From contig JAPDKE010000034.1 of the NCBI GenBank assembly GCA_029258725.1, positions 15,107 to 79,106 of the forward strand: a stretch of 64,000 bases of DNA. Reading direction: 5' to 3'. Both the position numbers and the translations under genes were made by a program. The DNA is from a bacterium. GTDB taxonomy: Bacteria; Hydrothermota; UBA3072; JAPDKE01. A model generated the notes under the pieces. The model was not told the DNA's origin and made no database searches. It was given only the letters and a program-made list of their open reading frames with translations. Below are positions 58,698-64,000 of the stretch, piece by piece (position 1 is the stretch's first letter; each line of letters begins with the position of its first letter).

Positions 58698-59888
58698 TTA
58701 CAGGTCGGTAGCCAGAATAACATGTTCATTTTCAACATAATTTTCTGAGACGATATAGAACTCTTTCAGGGAAAGTTTCTCTGCTGTTCTCTTTAGTTTT
58801 CTTATATCGGCAGGGGTGGGGGTTGACTTCACTTCAACGGCAATTTCTAAATTAAAGATAAAGTCGATCTCGGCCACCTTGTATTTCTCATAATAGTTTA
58901 TTTTCCCTTTTATCTTTAAACAGTTGAAAACAGCATTTTCAAAAAGATTTCCCCTGGAGATTCTGACAAGATAATTCAAAAGTCCGGTATCGCAGAAATA
59001 AACCTTTTTCGCGCCCCTTACCTCTCCATTTATTCTCCTGGAATACGGAGACACAAGAAATATAAAGTATGTCCTTTCCAGAAAATTGAGATAGGAGTAA
59101 AGGGTAGTCCTTGAAATACCTATTTCAGATGCAATTTTTGAAATGTCAAGTTTTGCTCCACATCTTCCAGCAAGAAGGAGGATGGTATCCCTTAGTTTGC
59201 CTATATGCTTAAAATCTGCCAGTGATCGCACATCTTTTTCAAAATAGGATTTGAAAATATCCACGATGATTGCTCTTTTTCTTTCGGGGTCCTCTTCACG
59301 AACCACAGCAGGAAATCCTCCGTAAGATAAATATTCATCATAGAGAGGTTTGTAAATCTCATAATTCATCCGGTTTTTGCTTTTAGCTTTTTCTCTGAAG
59401 CTTTCTTCAAACGTTTTTTTCTTATTCTTAAACACAAGGAACTCCTCAAAATCCAGAGGAAAGAGCTCATATATGATTTTTCTTCCCGCAAGGGATTCAG
59501 GGAAAAGACCCTTGAGGTAAAAACTGCTTGAGCCCGTGAGGAAAAACTTAATAGAGTAGTGATCGTAAAGATACTTGATTGGCTTTGTGATTTCGGGCAT
59601 CAACTGGATTTCATCAATGAAAATGTAACTTTTTCTATCAGGTTTTATACCGAACTCCTTTAAATTAAGCATTATATTGTCATAATTCTTTTCCTCAAAA
59701 ATTTTCTGGTACAGAGGATTTTCAAGGTCAAGGAAAACCTTATTATCGCTCTTAACGGAATTAAATATGTCCTTCATGAGGGTGGTTTTACCCACCTGCC
59801 TCATGCCCGTAATGAGCACAATCTGGGGCTTCTCCATCTCCCGCAATAAATACCTTCTCAACTTCCTGGGATATATCTTTTCTTCCAT
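58698..59888 (-). CDS. AAA+ ATPase with C-terminal DUF4143 domain (COG1373-type)
   Basis: Walker A ITGMRQVGKTT, Walker B YIFIDEIQ, 396 aa. Confidence 0.85.
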   Translation of the reverse strand: MEEKIYPRKLRRYLLREMEKPQIVLITGMRQVGKTTLMKDIFNSVKSDNKVFLDLENPLYQKIFEEKNYDNIMLNLKEFGIKPDRKSYIFIDEIQLMPEITKPIKYLYDHYSIKFFLTGSSSFYLKGLFPESLAGRKIIYELFPLDFEEFLVFKNKKKTFEESFREKAKSKNRMNYEIYKPLYDEYLSYGGFPAVVREEDPERKRAIIVDIFKSYFEKDVRSLADFKHIGKLRDTILLLAGRCGAKLDISKIASEIGISRTTLYSYLNFLERTYFIFLVSPYSRRINGEVRGAKKVYFCDTGLLNYLVRISRGNLFENAVFNCLKIKGKINYYEKYKVAEIDFIFNLEIAVEVKSTPTPADIRKLKRTAEKLSLKEFYIVSENYVENEHVILATDL

Positions 59889-59977
59889 TTTTGTTCATTT
59901 ATACTATACAAATTTATACCAATTTTGTCAAGTGTTACTTAACAAATCTTTCTTTCCGGGATGGGTATGGGTTGAGG

Positions 59978-60268
59978 TTATGAATTCCACTCTCTTGTTT
60001 TCTTCTGCAGGGGGAGTGGCAAACTTTCTATGTGGTTTTCCCAGTATGCCTTCCAGCCGAAAATCCAGAGTGCCACAGGGGTTTTATCGTCAAATTCTGT
60101 AAGGATACCGACAGGTGGTATCTCATAGTTTCCCTCCACCAGCCATTCTCCGATGTTGCTCGTCATGGCGTTACCGAATGCCACGCACAGGATATCCTCA
60201 TCTTTCCAGTACTCTATTCTTGCGTCTTGCAGGAGTTCTTCAAGGTTAAGTTTCATATTCCTCCCCAT
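59978..60268 (-). CDS. Hypothetical small protein (possibly DUF2283-like)
   Basis: 96 aa with a DARIEYWKDEDILCVAFGN pattern reminiscent of DUF2283. Weak. Confidence 0.3.
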   Translation of the reverse strand: MGRNMKLNLEELLQDARIEYWKDEDILCVAFGNAMTSNIGEWLVEGNYEIPPVGILTEFDDKTPVALWIFGWKAYWENHIESLPLPLQKKTREWNS

Positions 60269-60627
60269 GGTTCAGTGAGCCCTGCAACCCATAATCTCAG
60301 AAGCACAGTTATTATACCTATGAATCATGAAAAATGCAAATCTCGCTGAATTCACCATTGCGGAGAAAAATAGATTGAGAATCAAATCTTCAGTGTCCGG
60401 GGAAAAGAGTAAAGAGTAGGAGTTTCCCTCAAGGGATCTAAAGAGGTACCTGAGATGTTCAAGAAATATAGAGGGTGATTGAGAGTCGGACATTTAATTT
60501 TTAATTTTTCACTCTCTTGCCGGTAAATAAAATTGGGAAACGTGAGTGCCTGGCTCTGCAGAGTTCCCCGGGGAGAAAAGAATAAAGAGGATGGCTGACT
60601 CTTCCCCAGGGGTAAACACCATTTGAA

Positions 60628-61206
60628 TTATTTCCTCAGATACCGGTAAAGGGAGAAGGCAAAAATGGGAGCACAACCAAATTCCCCATCGCAAATAACA
60701 CCTATGCAGCCAATGATGATGGAACCACCCCAGTTTCCAAATTCATCATGAAATTTTATCGTTGGCTCCAGGGTGAAGGCTTCAGACGTATATCGTTCTG
60801 CGGACAAAAGAATTTCATACGTATACACAGAATACCCGGCACCCAGATTTAGCGAAATATTATTCCCTATCTGGAGATTTCCCCTTATTCCATAACCGCT
60901 TCCCAACAAAAAATAGTAAAGAACAGGTCCGCATGTAAGGGTCATATAGGGATGCTTCCAGAGTTCCTTTCTTACATCACAAGAAATATAGGGAATACCA
61001 AGTGAAATACCTCCCTCCCACCCATTACCAAATCCCTTTCTTACAAAAAGGATAGAGTTTTCACAATAAAAGTCCCCTCCTTCTTCTCCCGGACTTACTC
61101 CGGCCCCAATTCCCACAGCCATTTCTCCCGGTTCAAGCACGCTGGCGGGATAAAAGGGAAGAAGACACCCCTGAAGGAAAAGAAAGAGAAAAGGAAGTTT
61201 TTTCAT
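60628..61206 (-). CDS. Hypothetical Gly-rich lipoprotein
   Basis: 192 aa, lipobox FLQGC, Gly/Tyr-rich beta-like mature region. Confidence 0.45.
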   Translation of the reverse strand: MKKLPFLFLFLQGCLLPFYPASVLEPGEMAVGIGAGVSPGEEGGDFYCENSILFVRKGFGNGWEGGISLGIPYISCDVRKELWKHPYMTLTCGPVLYYFLLGSGYGIRGNLQIGNNISLNLGAGYSVYTYEILLSAERYTSEAFTLEPTIKFHDEFGNWGGSIIIGCIGVICDGEFGCAPIFAFSLYRYLRK

Positions 61207-61678
61207 ACTCCTCCCCTTCTTTAATTTTATTATACATTACCTTCTCTCTTTGAGCCTGTATAAAGAAACGACAACCAAAATGAAAACTCCTGTACTGCCA
61301 CATCACAGCCACCTCTTCCTTTTCTTTTTCAGTTCTATCACCAGGTTCTAATCTTTTATTATCTCCTCAGGAATTCTCTCCTCTCCAAGCCTTCCGAGTA
61401 TCAATTCCACCAGAATCCATATTCTTTCCTTCATAAATCTTGCAAGAGAAAAAAATTGTTAACTGTTAATGTCTGACCCTGGGGGATTCTCAAGGTTTGC
61501 GGTATCCAGGAATATCTTCATTCTCACCTCCTCTTTTTGGTAAAGAATAAAGGTATTGAAAAATTTGTCAAGGTGGGGAGTTGCTGAATTGAATTTTGAT
61601 AAGAAGTATGGCTTTTAAAATTTTTAAGGATTTACCAACATGTATATGTCTGTGGAAGATTGAAAATGAAAAAGTTAG

Positions 61679-62616
61679 TTAAAAACTTTTAACCCTACAT
61701 TCATTCCTTCCCTCGTGCAATTTGATGATTCTTAAACCTCCCCTTCCATCCGCTACATATGCATAGTTACCAGAAACAAAGACATTCCATGCTCCGTGCG
61801 GTAGATCGCAATAGCCGACCTCGTGAGGAGAAGAAGGATCGGAAACGTCTATAATGTAAAGCCTTCCATTCCATTCATAAAAGTTAGCAATATCTGCCAC
61901 AGCGACATAGGCATAATGCCTAGAAACGAAAACATCTCCTGCCCAGCCCGGAACATTGCAATAGCCTACCTCCTGGGGTGAAGAGGGATGGGAGATGTCT
62001 ATAACCCTTAAACCTGCATCCCAATCCGCCACATACGCATAGTTGCCTGAAACAAAAACATCTCTTGCAGAGCCTGGGGTATCGTAATAACCAACCTCAG
62101 AAGGAGAAGAAGGTTGGGAGATGTCTATAACCTCTAAACCTACCCACCACTCCGCCATATATGCATAGTTACCAGAAACAAAAACATCCTCTGCAGGGCC
62201 CGAGGTATCATAATAACAACCTTTTGAGGAGATGAAGGATGGGAAATGTCTATAATCCTTAAGCCTGCCTTCCCATTCGCCACATACACATAATTGCCAG
62301 AAACAAAGACATCCTTTGCAGGGCCTGGCGTATCGTAATAACCAACCTCCTGAGTTGAAAAAGGATTTGAAATATCTATGACGCTTAAACCTGCCCTCCC
62401 ATCCGCTACATATGCATAGTTGCCTGAAACAAAAACATTATACGCATATCCCGGGGTATCGTAATAACCAACCTCTACAATCTCTATTTTCTCTCTCTTC
62501 ATTTTCTCTCTCTTCTTCTTTTCTAGGTTTTCCTTCCTTACCTCCATCCCTACACATCCTCCCAGCCCCACAGTCATTATCATTAACCATTTTATCACTC
62601 TCATATTTTTTCCCAT
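61679..62616 (-). pseudogene. LVIVD-repeat lipoprotein split by a 1-nt deletion (or assembly error)
   Basis: Two track ORFs (62140..62616 and 61679..62158) both consist of about 42-aa LVIVD repeats ([36 protein letters not shown]). At about 62215-62221 aacaacc replaces aaccaacc. Restoring one C gives a continuous repeat protein of about 310 aa. The signal/lipobox is LGGC. Confidence 0.6.
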
Positions 62617-62617
62617 C

Positions 62618-62896
62618 TTACCTCCCTTTTTCCTTTAACTTCTTCTCATACTCCTTCTGCCCCATCGGACAATCAATAAGGTCTATAAACTCAGGGAGAG
62701 AAAGCTTTAACTGACGCGCCATCAGACACAACATTTTATTTCCATATTCTTTACTTCCATGACTTACTTTTGTGAAAATTCTTGTTTTTTCCTTTTTTAG
62801 GGTATAATAATGAAGATACACATGATCACTATCTTTCCTTATAAATCCCTTCTTTAACAATCCCTTTATTATTTCTCCTGTTTTACGAGACGGCAT
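62618..62896 (-). CDS. HicA-like (YcfA family) toxin
   Basis: 92 aa. [21 protein letters not shown]....[29 protein letters not shown] parallels HicA (ELIKLL.K.GF...R.KGSHH.F.H......VP.H.gKei..Gtl.sIlKqaGl). Confidence 0.5.
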   Translation of the reverse strand: MPSRKTGEIIKGLLKKGFIRKDSDHVYLHYYTLKKEKTRIFTKVSHGSKEYGNKMLCLMARQLKLSLPEFIDLIDCPMGQKEYEKKLKEKGR

Positions 62897-62899
62897 TTT

Positions 62900-63916
62900 T
62901 TACTCCTTTCTTACCTCGATAACCATTTCGCAAAGCAGTGTTTTCAACTTTTTCGCCTCCACATCCAGCAGTTCTTCCTTTTCTTTCCCTATCTCTTTCC
63001 AGAGATATGAAAAATCTTCACGGAAACTCTCCCATGCAATATCGAATCTTTCTCCCCAGGCAATTATTCCCAGTGTCTTATTCTCTAATATCCATAAATC
63101 ATCTTCATAACTTATCTCTATCTTTAAAGGCTCTCCTAAAAGAAACCTTTCATTTTTATATTCTATTTCTTCCACCTCAAAACTGTTCTCCTCAAGAGAT
63201 TCTATATCCAGAACTTCCATTACTTCCACCTTTCCGGTCTCTTCCTCTTTTTTTATCAGTATTCTCACCCTTACCACTTTTGAAAGATTTTCTATCACCA
63301 CTTCCAGAAATTCATCTGTGAGAGGCATCTTTCTTATTTTTCCATCGTGTAAAATCCCAAAATACGCATTATCAATAAGTTTCACTTCTATTATAGGACC
63401 AATAAGTTCCTCCTCTTTTTGCGTGGTAGTGATTGCCAGTATTTCTCTTATACTCTTTACAAAATCAGCAGAGATCTCTTTCCCATTCAATCTTAATCTC
63501 TTTATGCGAGGAGAATGCATATCTTTAAGATCCATAAGGACTTTTCTTCTTAACTTCTCATCTGGCAAAAGGTTTCTTATTTCTTCTTTCTTATCAGGAA
63601 TGCTTTCCACTACTTCTACCAACTTTGCAAGATCTCTTTGAGGAGTTTGAAATAAATCTGTAGAAGGTAACTCTAATTCTACATCCAGACTTCCTTTTGA
63701 AACGGAAACTATCCTCAGAGTATATGCTTTCGCAACCCCTTCAGGCAATTTTCCCTTTTCTCTCCTTATTTCTCCCCGGATGGAATACTCTCCTATTTTC
63801 CAGAACGCACGCTGAAAAGCACTGAGAACTCTGGAAAGTGTCTCTACTTCTATTCCTTTCCCACTTTCCGGTTCAAATGAAAACCTTACCTTCTTTATAC
63901 CTTCTCTATTCATCAT
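62900..63916 (-). CDS. Hypothetical 338-aa acidic protein immediately upstream of the HicA-like gene
   Basis: No recognisable motifs, E/K-rich, predicted cytoplasmic. It is 4 nt from the HicA-like gene. Confidence 0.45.
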   Translation of the reverse strand: MMNREGIKKVRFSFEPESGKGIEVETLSRVLSAFQRAFWKIGEYSIRGEIRREKGKLPEGVAKAYTLRIVSVSKGSLDVELELPSTDLFQTPQRDLAKLVEVVESIPDKKEEIRNLLPDEKLRRKVLMDLKDMHSPRIKRLRLNGKEISADFVKSIREILAITTTQKEEELIGPIIEVKLIDNAYFGILHDGKIRKMPLTDEFLEVVIENLSKVVRVRILIKKEEETGKVEVMEVLDIESLEENSFEVEEIEYKNERFLLGEPLKIEISYEDDLWILENKTLGIIAWGERFDIAWESFREDFSYLWKEIGKEKEELLDVEAKKLKTLLCEMVIEVRKE

Positions 63917-64000
63917 CTACATTTTACTCCGATCTATTTATTTGTCAAGAATAAGAAGGGTGTATAATAAAAATATCTGATAAATATCCAGGGTTATCCA

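Noticed and set aside
58517-58738. 73-aa ORF overlapping the 3' end of the AAA ATPase gene
   Set aside because: The first 14 codons overlap the ATPase stop region in another frame. A shorter start (MYLAWKV..., about 59 aa) is possible but lacks an RBS and any motif, so it was left uncalled.
60272-60493. 73-aa ORF MSDSQSPSIFLEHLRYLFRSLEGNSYSLLF... as a DUF4258 partner of the DUF2283-like ORF
   Set aside because: The translation is low-complexity, with no RBS and no recognisable motif. It is probably non-coding.
61207-61678. 470-nt AT-rich noncoding gap checked for CRISPR repeats, tRNA or ncRNA
   Set aside because: No direct repeats of 25-40 nt, no tRNA-like cloverleaf, and no conserved riboswitch-like motif were recognisable. 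Only a 28-codon ORF without RBS was found.

Overview
This is a dense 64 kb stretch of a bacterial chromosome, probably from a thermophile. The proteins are unusually rich in Lys, Glu and Arg, GC is roughly 45% by eye, and many genes are coupled by ATGA/GTGA stop-start overlaps. There is no rRNA, CRISPR array, transposase or integrase in the window.

The housekeeping backbone consists of:
- smpB, an AmiC-type amidase and murI;
- a NifS/NifU-type Fe-S module with two DUF59 copies next to a tRNA-Leu(UAA);
- the H+-pyrophosphatase hppA;
- a proS-rimP-nusA-infB-DUF503-rbfA-nrnA string;
- a complete Pho regulon block, in gene order phoB-phoR-porin-pstSCAB-phoU, with a Bacillus-type TTAACA(C) Pho box;
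- purH, gpsA, tatC, rqcH, an OsmC protein and a BatA/DUF58 pair.

Several clusters between these look accessory or uncharacterised:
- A four-gene secreted-protein operon (13476->9969) laid out like a miniature chaperone-usher locus.
- A CHD-type nucleotide-cyclase-like protein translationally coupled to a KaiC/RecA-like ATPase.
- An nfeD - wHTH protein - SPFH/stomatin operon extended by an 859-aa protein of about twelve 27-aa G..D.Y beta-solenoid repeats plus HEAT repeats.
- An AT-rich tail (about 58.5-64 kb) with a DUF4143 AAA ATPase, a HicA-like toxin next to a 338-aa unknown, and a frameshifted LVIVD-repeat gene.

Also present are an orphan frameshifted HicB-like antitoxin remnant at 45.5 kb and a CRTAC1/FG-GAP - DUF4388 - TPR-membrane cluster at the 5' end.
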